Shown here: in pieces, positions 1 through 11,095 of the stretch
How positions within the stretch are numbered: the stretch's first letter is position 1
Layout of the letters: every line of letters begins with the position of its first letter
Assembly (NCBI GenBank): GCA_020721325.1
Contig: DYNA01000007.1
Span: 1 to 51,869 of the forward strand
Direction: 5' to 3'
From: Paludibacter propionicigenes
GTDB lineage: Bacteria; Bacteroidota; Bacteroidia; Bacteroidales; JAIFNL01
Length of the DNA: 51,869 bases
Notes under the pieces: model-generated
The model's input: the letters and a program-made list of their open reading frames with translations, nothing else
What the model was told of the DNA's origin: nothing
Databases searched by the model: none
Program-made: the position numbers and the translations under genes

Positions 1-47
1 GGACAAGCCGGTCAGACCGTAGTCCTTGCCGTCCGACCGGCTTGTCC
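1..47. repeat. GC-rich inverted repeat/hairpin at the window edge
   Basis: Perfect 13-bp arms GGACAAGCCGGTC (1-13) and GACCGGCTTGTCC (35-47). Function unknown. Confidence 0.6.
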
Positions 48-220
48 TCATCTGAAGGCTTTTCGTATTTTCTTAACTAAACGACATTGAATTAAAATTG
101 GCTTAGCACTTATTTGTGCTTTGGTGCAAACAAAAAACGTCTATCGCTTTTAATCTCAGTTGCAATGAATAAGCACTGAAATTCTTAGGCAAACCCCTTG
201 TTTGGTGTACCTGATTTTAT

Positions 221-1336
221 TTATTCATTCAGATTTAAGTAATATCCGCCTTTTATTAAAATTTGTTCTTCTATATTTGTGTCCAAAATTTCTATAAAAT
301 CGTTCTGTTCTCTTCCAATACGAACTTCTTGTTTTTCAAAAACATATTTATCGTTTTCTTGTTTGCTCAAAACCAAAATGTAATATTTGTTTTCGGTTTT
401 AATTACTGCACTTTTCGGCAATGAGTTTACGGTGTCTTTTTGTGTAATTACATCAGCCTCAACGTACATATTTGCAATCAAAAGAGTGTTTTTTTTATCA
501 AAAACCGAAGCATAACAAGGTATGGATTTTGAAACATCATCAATAGAAATTCCTACAGCACTGATTTCGGCATAAATACTGTCTTTTGAGCTTCGCCTTG
601 CTATCCGAACGCTCTGACCCGTTTTTATTTTTGAAATATCGTCGGAAAATATAGCAAGTTTAATTTGGAGCAAATCCGGATTTATTATTTCAAGAAGTTC
701 GCTTTGAACACCTACATCAGCTCCAATGCTGGTTTTTTGATTGAAAACAAAACCCTCTATGGGCGATTTTAACAAATATGATGTTTGAAAATTACCGTCT
801 TCAATTTTATCGGGAGATAAACCTATGGTTTGAATTTTTAATTTTAAACCGTTGTAATTTGCCAAGTTGGCTTTGTATTCGGCTTCGGTCAGCAAAAAGT
901 CTTTTTCGGCAACTGCTTTTTCGTTGTACAATAGTTTGATGCGTTCGTAATCGGCTTTCAATCTTTTTAAGTTTGCCGAAACAACTGCAAATTCTTTTTG
1001 CAAATCAATGATTTCGTTTCCTGCTATTTCTAATAATACCTGATTTTTTTTTATAAATTGACCGTTTTCAAAAAATATGTTTTTAATCAATCCGTTGAGA
1101 GGTGCATTTATTTTTGCATTTCCTAACGGTGTAGTTGTAATTGTACCGGTTGATTTGACAATGCTTTCAAAAACTTGCCTTTCAATTTTGCCCAATTGCA
1201 TAGCATTTTCATCAAATTGCTGTTGCGAAATTTCGATTAAATCCGAAATTTCATCTTGCTTTTCAATCTCTGTGCCACATGAAAATGTTATAAATGAAAA
1301 TATTGCGGCATATACTATAATTCTTATGTTTGTCAT
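221..1336 (-). CDS. RND efflux periplasmic adaptor subunit (CzcB/HlyD-like lipoprotein)
   Basis: Lipobox FSC, lipoyl-like halves (APLNGLIK..., SPIEGFV), coiled-coil hairpin; directly downstream of the CzcA-type pump. Confidence 0.9.
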   Translation of the reverse strand: MTNIRIIVYAAIFSFITFSCGTEIEKQDEISDLIEISQQQFDENAMQLGKIERQVFESIVKSTGTITTTPLGNAKINAPLNGLIKNIFFENGQFIKKNQVLLEIAGNEIIDLQKEFAVVSANLKRLKADYERIKLLYNEKAVAEKDFLLTEAEYKANLANYNGLKLKIQTIGLSPDKIEDGNFQTSYLLKSPIEGFVFNQKTSIGADVGVQSELLEIINPDLLQIKLAIFSDDISKIKTGQSVRIARRSSKDSIYAEISAVGISIDDVSKSIPCYASVFDKKNTLLIANMYVEADVITQKDTVNSLPKSAVIKTENKYYILVLSKQENDKYVFEKQEVRIGREQNDFIEILDTNIEEQILIKGGYYLNLNE

Positions 1337-1341
1337 ATTTT

Positions 1342-4300
1342 TTATTTTGAAAGATAATTAATATCCAATGTTACTGTATTGTATTTGATTAAATTGTCAA
1401 GATAATCTATCTTAATTTGAAGCGCGGTTTCGGTGCTTGTTGCAAATTTCAAGAAATCTATTTCGCCTTTTTCAAAACTGAGCTTTGCCGTTTTGGTAAT
1501 TTCGTTGTACAAGTTATTGCCTGTTTCATTGTAGTTATCTATTTGTTCTTTAAGATTTTGGTGCAAATTTAATAATTCATTTTGTTTCATTTTTAAAAGG
1601 TCAATTTCATATTCGGCAAGGTTTTGGCTTGCGCTGAATGCGATTTTCGATGCTTGTATTTTCGATTTTTGGGCATTGAAAAGAATGGGAACGGAAATAC
1701 CGATTTCAAATCCATGATATTTTTTGGCATTTTCATAAAAATTTGTTCCGAAAAAATAATTGAAAGATACATCGGGCATCAGTTTGTTTTTTTCAATGTT
1801 AATGTTTGCGCCGATGAGTGTTTCTTGTTCTTTTAACCATAAAACATAAGCCGATGATTCTATATTTTTTTGCGTCAAGGGAATTGTTTCAATGGCAGGC
1901 GAAATTGCAAATAAACTGTCGTAACCCATTAATGTTTTGAGTTTTACAAAAGAATTTTCTACATTGTATTTTATTTCGTTCAATTGATTTTTTACTTGTT
2001 GCTGCTTTGCTTTCATGGTGAGCAGGTCAAGATTACTCATGTCGCCATTGCTATTACGAACGGTAGCCACGCGTAAAATATTGATGTAAAGACTATCTAT
2101 TTGTTGGTAAATTTTCAATTTTTCATTGGCAACTTGCAGTTCAATATAATTTAACGATACCTGCTTAATTAAGTTTTCGGTTCTGATTTTGAGTTCGGTT
2201 TCGGCAATGCTATTTTCGGCTTTTTTTACATCAAGTTCGGCTCGGTAAACCCTGGGTAAACTGATGCTTTGCGAGACACCCCAAACTTTCAAAGGATAGT
2301 TGTTTTCAGCAATGTTATTTTGGTCGGTGCCAAAAGTAAAATTTGTTTTTTCAAATGCAAAAGCCGAAGGTAATAATGCCTTTTGTTCATCAACTTTCAG
2401 TGTGTAAGCTTTGATTTCTTTGTTGTTAAGCAAGGCAATATTGATGGCTTGGTTCATTTTCATTTCCTTATTTTGTGCAAAAGCAGCAAACGATGGTATG
2501 ATAATAAAAAGGGTGATAATGCCGTGTTTTGCTCGGATAAATTTTAGCGGAAACAGTTTTATACCCACTACGTTGTAAAAAATTTCAAACATTAGCGGCA
2601 GTGCAATCATTGTAAGCAATGTGGAGGTAAACAAACCACCGATTACAACCGTTGCCAAGGGGCGTTGCACTTCGGCGCCCGCGCCTGTGGATATTGCCAT
2701 TGGTAAAAAACCCATAGCAGCAGCACCGGCGGTGAGCATTACGGGGCGAAGTCGGTTTTTTGTGCCTTGAATGATTAAATCGCGTAAACTTTTTGTCCCA
2801 TCGTGTTTTAGTTCTTTTAAATGTTCGATAAGTACAATTCCGTTAAGGACAGCTATTCCGAACAAAGCAATAAAACCTACGCCTGCCGATACGCTGAATG
2901 GCATTCCGCGCAACCAAAGAAACATGACGCCTCCCACGGTTGCCAAAGGAATTGCAGTGAAAATCATAACTGCATCTTTTAGCGATTTGAATGCAAAATG
3001 TAGAAAAATAAATATCAGAAGAAGTGCCACCGGCACGGCTATCATCAAACGGTTTGTAGCATTTTGCAAATTCTCAAATTGTCCGCCGTAAGTAATGTAT
3101 GTACCCGGTTTGAGTGAGATGTTTTTATTAATTTTGGCTTGAATATCATTTACTACCGATTGTAGGTCTCTGTTGCGCACGTTTACGCTTACTACTACTC
3201 TGCGATGCGTGTTTTCTCTGGATATTTTTGCCGGACCTTCGGCATATTCGATGTTGGCTAATTCCGAAAGAGGTATTTGATTGCCATTGGAAATGGGAAC
3301 TTTCAATTGCTTAATATCTTCAATTTTGGTTCTGTTTTTTTTATCAAATCGGATAACCAAATCGAAACGTTTTTCACCTTCAAAAACCGCTCCGGCTTGT
3401 TCACCTCCAAAGGCAGCGGCAAGGTAGCTGTTGAGTGTCTTAATATCAACTCCGTAAGTTGCTATTTTGGCACGATTGTAGTCTATTTTTATTTGCGGAA
3501 GCCCAGCGGTTTTTTCCAAAATAATATCACTTGCTCCGGGTATTCCTTGAATTAAATCTTTAATTTCCAAAGCTTTTCTATCAATATATTCTAAGTCATC
3601 GCCAAAAATTTTAACGGCAATATCGGAACGAACTCCGGTTATAAGTTCGTTGAAACGCATTTCGATGGGCTGAGTAAATTCATAATCAATTCCCGGAATT
3701 ATCGAAAGAGCTTCTTTAAATTTATCGGCTAATTCTTCTTTGCTATTTGCCGATGTCCATGTTGCGCGGGGTTTAAGTTTGATAATCATGTCTATTTCTT
3801 CCATCGACATGGGGTCGGTAGGAACTTCGGCAGCTCCTATTCGGCTGACAACTTTATCTACTTCCGGGAAATTTTTGAGCAAAATCTGCTCCATTTGGGT
3901 GGTCGTTTCTATGGTTTTTGAAAGCGATGTGCCGGTTTTTAAAACCGGCTGAATAACAAAGTCGCCCTCGTCGAGGGTAGGAACAAATTCTCCTCCTATT
4001 TTTGTAAAAAGAAACGCCGTAAAAATTAATGAAACCATTGCAACTCCAAGCACAATTTTCTTATGTGCGCAAGACCAATGAATTACAGGTAAATATGTTT
4101 TGTGAGCAATACCCATGAACCAATCCGAAATATTTTTCTTTTTCGATTCTGAGGGTTTTAGAAATAAGGCAGATGCCACCGGCAACCATGTTAAACCCAT
4201 TATCATAGCCCCGATGATTGCAAAACAAAACGATAAAGCCATCGGTTTAAACATTTTTCCTTCAACTCCCGTTAAGGAAAGAATTGGGATAAACACAATA

Positions 4301-5682
4301 AGTATAATAATTTGCCCGAATATTGCAGATTTCATCATTTTTGAAGCCCCTTCAAAAGAAATTGTGTCCATAATGCTCAAACGCTGTTCTCCGGTGACGG
4401 AGGCTATTTCATTTCGGCTTACCGAAATTTTAAGTGCTATAAATTCCACTATTATCACCGCTCCGTCAATGATGATTCCAAAGTCGAGTGCGCCAAGGCT
4501 CATCAGGTTAGCATCTATCCCAAAGATGTACATCATTGAAATAGTGAACAGCAAGGCAAGCGGAATCATAGAAGTTATAACAAGTGCTGAGCGAATATTG
4601 CCCAGAAGAAGAATAACCGTAAGCATTACAATTAATGCACCCAATATCAGGTTTTCAACAACGGTAAAGGTTGTTTTGGCTACAAGTTCGCTTCTGTCCA
4701 CAATCGGATTGATGTAAATACCCTCCGGCAAATTTTTCTGAATTTCGGCTATTCGATTTTTAACCTCGGCAATAACCTTCTTTGAGTTTGCATTTTTGAG
4801 CATCATCACTTGCCCCAGTATGGTTTCGCCTTTACCGTTTGCAGTAATTGCACCGTACCTGTTGGCATGTCCGAATTGAACATTTGCTATATTTTTTACC
4901 GTAATTGGTGTTCCGTTAATATTCTTAATTACAATATTTTCAATATCCTCAACCGATTTCACCTGACCGTCTCCGCGTATAAAATAGCTTTGATTTGCTT
5001 TTTCTATGTAAGAGCCACCCGATATGTTGTTATTTGCTTCAATGGCATCAAACACCTCCATCAGGGTAATGTTCATTGCCGCAAGTTCATTTGGATTTAT
5101 CGCAACTTCGTATTGCTTCAAATAGCCGCCCCAGCTATTGATTTCTACAACACCGTTTATTCCCGAAAGTCTTCGTTTTATCACCCAATCCTGAATGGTT
5201 CTGAGGTCGGAGGCTTGGTATTTGTTTTCAAATCCCGCTTTGGTATCGAGCGTGTATTGATAGATTTCCCCCAATCCGGTAGTTATCGGACCCATTTCGG
5301 GTTCGCCAAAGCCTTCAGGTATCTTGGCGGCGGCACTTTTTATTTTTTCGGCTATAAGTTGGCGCGGCAGGTAAGTCCCCAAATTTTCTTCAAAAACAAT
5401 GGTTACTACCGATATACCAAACTTCGATACCGAGCGAATTTCTTTTACACCGGGCAGGTTTGCCATTTCCATTTCAACCGGAGCGGTTATGTATTGCTCT
5501 ATTTCCTGTGTTGATAAATTCCCCGAAGTTGTGATAACTTGCACTTGATTGTTTGTAATATCGGGAACTGCACCTACCGAAATTTTAAAAACAGCGTAGA
5601 GTCCAAAAGCAATTACAGTTAAGGTAAAAAGAATAATGATGAGTTTATTCTTGATGCTAAAGTCTATTATTTTTTCGAGCAT
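1342..5682 (-). CDS. czcA: CusA/CzcA family heavy-metal RND transporter with fused C-terminal TolC-like domain
   Basis: AVPDITNNQVQVIT, MSLGALDFGIIIDGAVIIVE and RLRPVMLTA motifs, plus about 400 extra helical C-terminal residues typical of Bacteroidota CzcA-TolC fusions. Confidence 0.93.
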   Translation of the reverse strand: MLEKIIDFSIKNKLIIILFTLTVIAFGLYAVFKISVGAVPDITNNQVQVITTSGNLSTQEIEQYITAPVEMEMANLPGVKEIRSVSKFGISVVTIVFEENLGTYLPRQLIAEKIKSAAAKIPEGFGEPEMGPITTGLGEIYQYTLDTKAGFENKYQASDLRTIQDWVIKRRLSGINGVVEINSWGGYLKQYEVAINPNELAAMNITLMEVFDAIEANNNISGGSYIEKANQSYFIRGDGQVKSVEDIENIVIKNINGTPITVKNIANVQFGHANRYGAITANGKGETILGQVMMLKNANSKKVIAEVKNRIAEIQKNLPEGIYINPIVDRSELVAKTTFTVVENLILGALIVMLTVILLLGNIRSALVITSMIPLALLFTISMMYIFGIDANLMSLGALDFGIIIDGAVIIVEFIALKISVSRNEIASVTGEQRLSIMDTISFEGASKMMKSAIFGQIIILIVFIPILSLTGVEGKMFKPMALSFCFAIIGAMIMGLTWLPVASALFLKPSESKKKNISDWFMGIAHKTYLPVIHWSCAHKKIVLGVAMVSLIFTAFLFTKIGGEFVPTLDEGDFVIQPVLKTGTSLSKTIETTTQMEQILLKNFPEVDKVVSRIGAAEVPTDPMSMEEIDMIIKLKPRATWTSANSKEELADKFKEALSIIPGIDYEFTQPIEMRFNELITGVRSDIAVKIFGDDLEYIDRKALEIKDLIQGIPGASDIILEKTAGLPQIKIDYNRAKIATYGVDIKTLNSYLAAAFGGEQAGAVFEGEKRFDLVIRFDKKNRTKIEDIKQLKVPISNGNQIPLSELANIEYAEGPAKISRENTHRRVVVSVNVRNRDLQSVVNDIQAKINKNISLKPGTYITYGGQFENLQNATNRLMIAVPVALLLIFIFLHFAFKSLKDAVMIFTAIPLATVGGVMFLWLRGMPFSVSAGVGFIALFGIAVLNGIVLIEHLKELKHDGTKSLRDLIIQGTKNRLRPVMLTAGAAAMGFLPMAISTGAGAEVQRPLATVVIGGLFTSTLLTMIALPLMFEIFYNVVGIKLFPLKFIRAKHGIITLFIIIPSFAAFAQNKEMKMNQAINIALLNNKEIKAYTLKVDEQKALLPSAFAFEKTNFTFGTDQNNIAENNYPLKVWGVSQSISLPRVYRAELDVKKAENSIAETELKIRTENLIKQVSLNYIELQVANEKLKIYQQIDSLYINILRVATVRNSNGDMSNLDLLTMKAKQQQVKNQLNEIKYNVENSFVKLKTLMGYDSLFAISPAIETIPLTQKNIESSAYVLWLKEQETLIGANINIEKNKLMPDVSFNYFFGTNFYENAKKYHGFEIGISVPILFNAQKSKIQASKIAFSASQNLAEYEIDLLKMKQNELLNLHQNLKEQIDNYNETGNNLYNEITKTAKLSFEKGEIDFLKFATSTETALQIKIDYLDNLIKYNTVTLDINYLSK

Positions 5683-6390
5683 ATTTAACTATTTATAATT
5701 TTTTTACTTACATTTGGCTGACGGTATAGCCCAAACTTCACATGAATAGCTCCCGATTTTTTCTGCACATAGCAGCCAAAAATATCTGATAAGCAGTGTT
5801 TTGCATTGCTCTATTTGTTAAACTTACTTTTTATTTTTTTTAGCAAAAATATACATTTTCGATGGATTATCCTTTTTTTTACATTCTTTTTACGCCTTTC
5901 GGCAAAAAAATTAAAAAATGGAATTTTTTTATTGTAGTGCAACGGAAAAAACATTTTCCAACGGTTGTTTTTAATTAATGTAACAAATTAGTAATCAATA
6001 TTTTAAAAAATAAAATAAAAAAAAGGATTGACTATGTTAAGTGCTTAACCCATTAGGCTTATTTTGCTGTGAAAATGAATTTTACTTTTCGCGCATGTTT
6101 TATGAATTTTAAAATAAGAGAATAAGGTTTTATTTTTGTTTTGTTATCCTTTTTACTAAGGGAATAAGGTTTTGGAAATCAACCTTATTCGCTTAGTAAC
6201 TAAAAATAAAACTCGTTTCCTCCCTTATTCCCTTATTTTTTTTTTAGAAAAAGAAAAAGATTTGAGTTTATTTCTACATTCGTTCAAAAAAAAGAACGAA
6301 CCATTGTTTATTGAATTTGAGTTTATTCGTGGTATAAAAAATAACGAACAATGAATTGAGTTTAAAAAAAAATTCCCAATTTTCGAGAGT

Positions 6391-6942
6391 TTATAAACTA
6401 TACAAAAGCTCTTTAATTTTTCTATCTTTTTCTTCCAGAGCATTTTTAGCATCGTCAAGTTGAGCTATAATTTGCATAAGTTCTTCATTTTGAGAAGTAT
6501 ATTGTTCATTGGCTTCTTTGAGTTCTATTTCAACTCTTTTGCGTATTTCAACTTCTTTTTTCAGATTTTTAATCAAATTGTTGTTTTCAACGTGTATTTT
6601 TACTCGCGCCAAAACATTGTATTTATTAACGGGTTTTGAAATAAAATCGACACCTCCGGCTTCAAAAGCCGCTTGAAGACTTTCGTTATCATTGTTTCCG
6701 GTAATAAAAATAACGGGAGTATATCTGTTTTTAGAATCTTTTTTTAGCAATTTGCAAACTTCATATCCATTCAATCCGGGCATAATTATATCCAATAAAA
6801 TAGCATCAAACTCTTGTACGCGAGCTATTTCTATGCCTTCTTCACCATTTTCCGAAAGCCAAGTATTTATATTATCCATGTTTAAAATTCGCGAAATGTA
6901 CTCGCGTTCCAAAGCCGAATCTTCTATTATTAAAACATTCAT
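6391..6942 (-). CDS. Response regulator (REC domain plus coiled-coil tail)
   Basis: LIIED, LLDIIMPGLNG, FIT and KP receiver motifs; C-terminal heptad region with no recognisable output domain. Confidence 0.85.
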   Translation of the reverse strand: MNVLIIEDSALEREYISRILNMDNINTWLSENGEEGIEIARVQEFDAILLDIIMPGLNGYEVCKLLKKDSKNRYTPVIFITGNNDNESLQAAFEAGGVDFISKPVNKYNVLARVKIHVENNNLIKNLKKEVEIRKRVEIELKEANEQYTSQNEELMQIIAQLDDAKNALEEKDRKIKELLYSL

Positions 6943-7335
6943 AACTCCTTATTTTCTATATATTTAAAAGTAAATGAACTATTTTTGAGTGCAATCTAAA
7001 AAAAAATATGTATCGGATTTGTTTTTGCGAAATTACCGAATTTTAATAATCTTATTTTCAGTTTATTAATTTTAAAAAATGAATATTTATAAACTTAATA
7101 AAATTATTTTTTTTTTAGAATAAATCACTTATTTTATTCCGAAATTTGTTTATAATACGGCTTCAAAGATAAAATATTTTTTCAAAATGTTTATAAATAT
7201 TTACTTTAATTTTTTTGAATAAACTAAAATTTGTAAGTCGTCGCATTAATAACTGCGTGCAATTATTCCAAACTGCTGGTGCTATTTTTTTGTAAAAAAA
7301 TTATTAACATTTTAACGTTGAGAACACTCATCATT

Positions 7336-7363
7336 AAAAAAGTGTCGTAAGGCACTTTTTTTT
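7336..7363. terminator. AAAAAAGTG(T/C)C-N4-GGCACTTTTTT palindrome, copy 1 (bidirectional terminator or REP-like)
   Basis: A-tract/stem/T-tract symmetry about 65 bp past the GHKL gene stop; near-identical copies at 46402 and 48136. Confidence 0.6.
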
Positions 7364-7426
7364 AATATTTTTAGCTCACGAATATAAATCTCTGATGTTC
7401 AGGCGCATGGTAAGTTTATTATTCTA

Positions 7427-9259
7427 TCATTCATCTATAAATTTACTTTTTATTAACGAAAGAAATGCTGAATTTCTTGAGTCAGCGTCTTTGATTACAG
7501 CATCTATATCCCAAATAAAAATACCTATTGGCAAGGTGATTTTGGGGTTTAATTGAATTGTAACAGGTTTTTCTCTATAATACATTTTACCAGATGAATA
7601 CAATTCAGCAAACTCGGCATCTAACTGAATTTCAACATCTTCGTTAAATTCAATAATTCCATAATACCAAATTCGTTGTATTTTATTGTTGTAATATTGC
7701 ATTAATTTCCGTGCTCTTTTATCAAGCTGGGTTAATATTTTCATGTTCTCTTCAAGAGAGATACCACGCTTTTTAAATTCAACAATAACAACATCAAAAG
7801 GAACATTTTCATTTGGATTATTTGAAAAAACTAACGCTAAATCTGGTCTGTCGTCATCTCTTTCGGTATCTTCCTGAGTTATATATTCTACTAAATCGCC
7901 AATTTCCTTATCACTAAGAACAGCTTTGTAAGTCATATATTTATCATCCAACAACCAAGCATTGTTTCTATAAATATCATCAACAAAGTTATTACCGTCA
8001 AACTTTGTTTTCATTGTGGCAAATAAATTATGTAACTCAGCTTCGCTATTTTCTTTGGTTGATTTCTTCAACTTTTCAATGGTCAACTGTCTAAAAAGGA
8101 TATATTCTGTCAATGCTCTTGATGACATGTCAATTGATTTTTCATATTGCTCATCAGACAACGAATTTGCTTCTAAAATTTCCCGCTGCGCTTTAAAAAA
8201 TTCATCTTGTGCATTTCTTAATATTTCAGAACGAGAGCTATATCCTATATTTTCAGAATTAAAGTAACCACTTAAATGAGGATATTTTTTTACAAGATTA
8301 TTTTTTGTTTGTTTATTTCGTTCTTTTATCTGTGGTATTTCAGTTTCTATTAAAGACGCAACTTTCTTTCGAAATAAGGTTTGTACCTGTTTCAATTCAT
8401 TGTCTGAAATATCAAGACTTTGGCGTGAAAAATCAACACGTCCTTTAAACCAATCAGAGAACAATAAAAATATCATTTTATATCCACTCGGAATATTTTC
8501 ATTTTCAATTATTTCAACCTTTTTTGTCCTGTCATCAACTGAAACTGCTGCAATCAAAGCTGTTTCATTAGCATTTACAGATTGTATATGATAATGAAGA
8601 TAAAATTTATCAAACATATTAATTGAGCTATCAAGTTCAACCGTTTTTAAATCCAAAATATCAGATGAAGTAATTGTTTCAATTGATGTAAAATTATCAA
8701 TCTTTGATTGAATTTGTATTGTAATATTGATATTTTGTTGTTTTAAACGAAATAATCGTGGATAAAATTCTTCTAAAATTTTGCTTTTTAAATATATTGG
8801 ATTTATATAATTGTATGCTTTTAACTTTGTAAGTGTGTAATCAGCCATTTTTATCAAAGTCCCGTTATCAGTGTTTTCGCTTGGAACAATATTACTGCTA
8901 TTTTCATTTATATCTTCGGTAAATTTGAAGCTTCTTTTTTTTGAACTGTTAAAAACGCTTTCTATTTCAATTGTATCAAAATAGCAAGGAAATACAAGTC
9001 TTCCTAAACCTTTATGCGAATTTTCATCAACATCAAATAATTTGCAAAACTTCTTAAATCGTTCATCTGTAAAGCCTGTACCATTATCTAAAATATTAAT
9101 ATTTAAAGTTTCAACATCTTTGGCTGAGTTTGCAGAAATTTCAATTTTTATTTCAGTTGCTTCTGCATCCAAAGAATTTGCAATAGCTTCAAAATAAACC
9201 ATTTCTAACGATGAATTTCCAAAAAACATCTTTACTGCTTGACTAAGCTTTACTTCCAT
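7427..9259 (-). CDS. GHKL (HATPase_c_3/MORC-like) ATPase fused to a PD-(D/E)xK nuclease-like domain
   Basis: EAIANSLDA (N-box), DNGTGF (G1), HKGLGR (G2); C-terminal RPDLALVF...VVIVEFKK. Confidence 0.75.
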   Translation of the reverse strand: MEVKLSQAVKMFFGNSSLEMVYFEAIANSLDAEATEIKIEISANSAKDVETLNINILDNGTGFTDERFKKFCKLFDVDENSHKGLGRLVFPCYFDTIEIESVFNSSKKRSFKFTEDINENSSNIVPSENTDNGTLIKMADYTLTKLKAYNYINPIYLKSKILEEFYPRLFRLKQQNINITIQIQSKIDNFTSIETITSSDILDLKTVELDSSINMFDKFYLHYHIQSVNANETALIAAVSVDDRTKKVEIIENENIPSGYKMIFLLFSDWFKGRVDFSRQSLDISDNELKQVQTLFRKKVASLIETEIPQIKERNKQTKNNLVKKYPHLSGYFNSENIGYSSRSEILRNAQDEFFKAQREILEANSLSDEQYEKSIDMSSRALTEYILFRQLTIEKLKKSTKENSEAELHNLFATMKTKFDGNNFVDDIYRNNAWLLDDKYMTYKAVLSDKEIGDLVEYITQEDTERDDDRPDLALVFSNNPNENVPFDVVIVEFKKRGISLEENMKILTQLDKRARKLMQYYNNKIQRIWYYGIIEFNEDVEIQLDAEFAELYSSGKMYYREKPVTIQLNPKITLPIGIFIWDIDAVIKDADSRNSAFLSLIKSKFIDE

Positions 9260-9401
9260 TTTCTTATTTTATTTAGCTGATAAAAATAATCTATTTTTCA
9301 TTTAATTAAACAACCGTTTAGCTTATGATTCTTTGAGAATTGTACATGTAAGTTGCTTTTTTTTCCCTGCAAAAATACACATTTCTGATGAATTATTATA
9401 G

Positions 9402-9670
9402 CATTTTTCGCTTTATTTTTCGCTTTTCGGCAAAAAATAATAAAAATCTTAAAAAATCAGCGTTCCAATTACACGATACACAAAAAAAGATTCACGTATT
9501 TTCAACAACCCTAAAAACAATTCGTGCTTTGGTTGTAAAAAAAAATCCGTTCAAATCAACGTTCCAATTATACAATGCAATAAAAATGCTTATTACAAAC
9601 AAAAAAACTTTGCGCCTTAGCGTGAAAACAAAACCACACAGCCGTTTCAAAACCGCTCAACGGTTAGATT
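9402..9670. repeat. Dispersed intergenic repeat element (related copy at about 51678-51835, fragment at about 5888-5910)
   Basis: Shared blocks CG(C/T)TTTCGGCAAAAAA, AAATCCGTTC(A/C)AATCAA and CAGCCGTTTCAAAAC. Confidence 0.6.
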
Positions 9671-9688
9671 TCAAACGGATTGTTTCGC

Positions 9689-10795
9689 TTAAAGCCTATT
9701 GTAAACGCTCAATAATTCTTTTTCTTCGTTTTCCCAAGTGTATTCTTGGGCAGCCAATTTCAAATTTTCTTTCCAAATTTGCCTTTTTGCTTCATCATTT
9801 AGCATTTCATCTAAAATTTGAGTTATCTCCATAATACTAAAACCATTGATTTTATGCCCAATGTCGTATTGTTTTAAAACTAAACTCATTTCGGGCAAAT
9901 CGGAAATTAAAACCGGAATTTGAGCTTTAATGTAGTCAAAAAGTCTATTGGGCAATACATACCGATAGCTCAAACCCCTGTCTTCTTGCAATGCAATGCC
10001 TACATCAGCCATTTGAGTATATGCAAAAAGCGAACTAAACGAGATTTTTGATAAAAACATAACTTTTTTAGTGAGATGCAAATCAATGGTTAATTGTTTG
10101 AGTTGTTGTTTAATATCGCCATCGCCAATAATTACAAACAGCGCATTTTCAATGTTTTTCATGGCTCTGATAACATATTCCAAACCGCGTCCCACATTTA
10201 AAGCACCTTGATATAAAATGATTTTTTTCTCTCCAAAAATTTCGCTTTTATTTAATTTAAAAGTTGGAATTTCTTTAAGTGGAAAATTGCGAACTACTTT
10301 CATATCTAAATTGTAAAGTCGCTTATATTCAGAGGCTATTGATTGGCAAACGGTATAAGAATGTTTTACTTTAGGCAAAATAAAACGCTCTATCATCAGC
10401 CAAACTTTTCGGGCATTTCTACCGATGAGTTCCGGCACTTCGGTAAAATATTCGTGCGAGTCGTAAACCAATTTTTTTTGCGTAAGCAAAGTAGCCAAAT
10501 AACCGGCTAAAAGTGTATCCAAATCGTTTGAAACAACAATTTGATGCTTTGAAAACAATAAATAAATAAATAATCGCAGATTAAATTCGGCATAAAACAA
10601 AAAACCACGTTTAAAAATCATGCGAAAACGCAAAGTTTTGTATTTTCGCGGTGGAATACCGTGTGTATTTTTAAATTTTGTACCCAAAAGATGTACTTCA
10701 TAGCCTTCATTGGTTAGCGAAAGGCACACTTTATTCATTCTTTGGTCAGAAAGTAAGTCATTAATGACAGTGAGTATAATTCTTTTTTTTGTCAT
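9689..10795 (-). CDS. Glycosyltransferase family 4
   Basis: DQRMNK, VYDSHEYF, YQGALNVGRGLE and LPNRLFDYIKAQIPVLISD GT-B motifs. Confidence 0.9.
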   Translation of the reverse strand: MTKKRIILTVINDLLSDQRMNKVCLSLTNEGYEVHLLGTKFKNTHGIPPRKYKTLRFRMIFKRGFLFYAEFNLRLFIYLLFSKHQIVVSNDLDTLLAGYLATLLTQKKLVYDSHEYFTEVPELIGRNARKVWLMIERFILPKVKHSYTVCQSIASEYKRLYNLDMKVVRNFPLKEIPTFKLNKSEIFGEKKIILYQGALNVGRGLEYVIRAMKNIENALFVIIGDGDIKQQLKQLTIDLHLTKKVMFLSKISFSSLFAYTQMADVGIALQEDRGLSYRYVLPNRLFDYIKAQIPVLISDLPEMSLVLKQYDIGHKINGFSIMEITQILDEMLNDEAKRQIWKENLKLAAQEYTWENEEKELLSVYNRL

Positions 10796-11095
10796 TTTTA
10801 TTTTTTATAAAAAAAAAATTTCAACAAAAAAACATAAAAAATACGGTATATGAAAATATTTTTTTACTTTTGAGTTTTAAAATATTTACAAAAATCGGCA
10901 AGTTATTGTATCAATTTATTAATAAACAGCTTGTTGAACATTAATTTGTACTTATTTTACAAAAAATAAAAAAACAATGAACATCAATCAATTAAAGACC
11001 AACTTTCGGACTTAAAGTATGAGTTCAATCTAAAAAAACTTTTTTTTTATGTAAAATTGTAAAAGCACTAAGTTATAATTAATTGAAATATAAAA

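Noticed and set aside
1..47. IS end
   Set aside because: No transposase in the window, and the context is cut off by the window edge.
1077..5514. Plus-strand ORFs inside czcB/czcA, and similar antisense ORFs in the WD40, MCP, cheA, hem and pcrA genes
   Set aside because: Shadow frames of well-supported genes, with no recognisable motifs.
1342..5682. CzcA-TolC fusion as a novelty
   Set aside because: Common, known architecture in Bacteroidota.
5700..5830. NiCo (czcD) riboswitch
   Set aside because: I could not match the conserved four-way-junction motifs by eye.
6115..6240. TAAGGGAATAAGGTTTT micro-repeats (also near 43591) as a separate element
   Set aside because: Real but very short and AT-rich; no boundaries or function can be supported.
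9388..9834. 148-aa ORF
   Set aside because: Spans the dispersed repeat and overlaps the GT4 gene antisense; composition is implausible.
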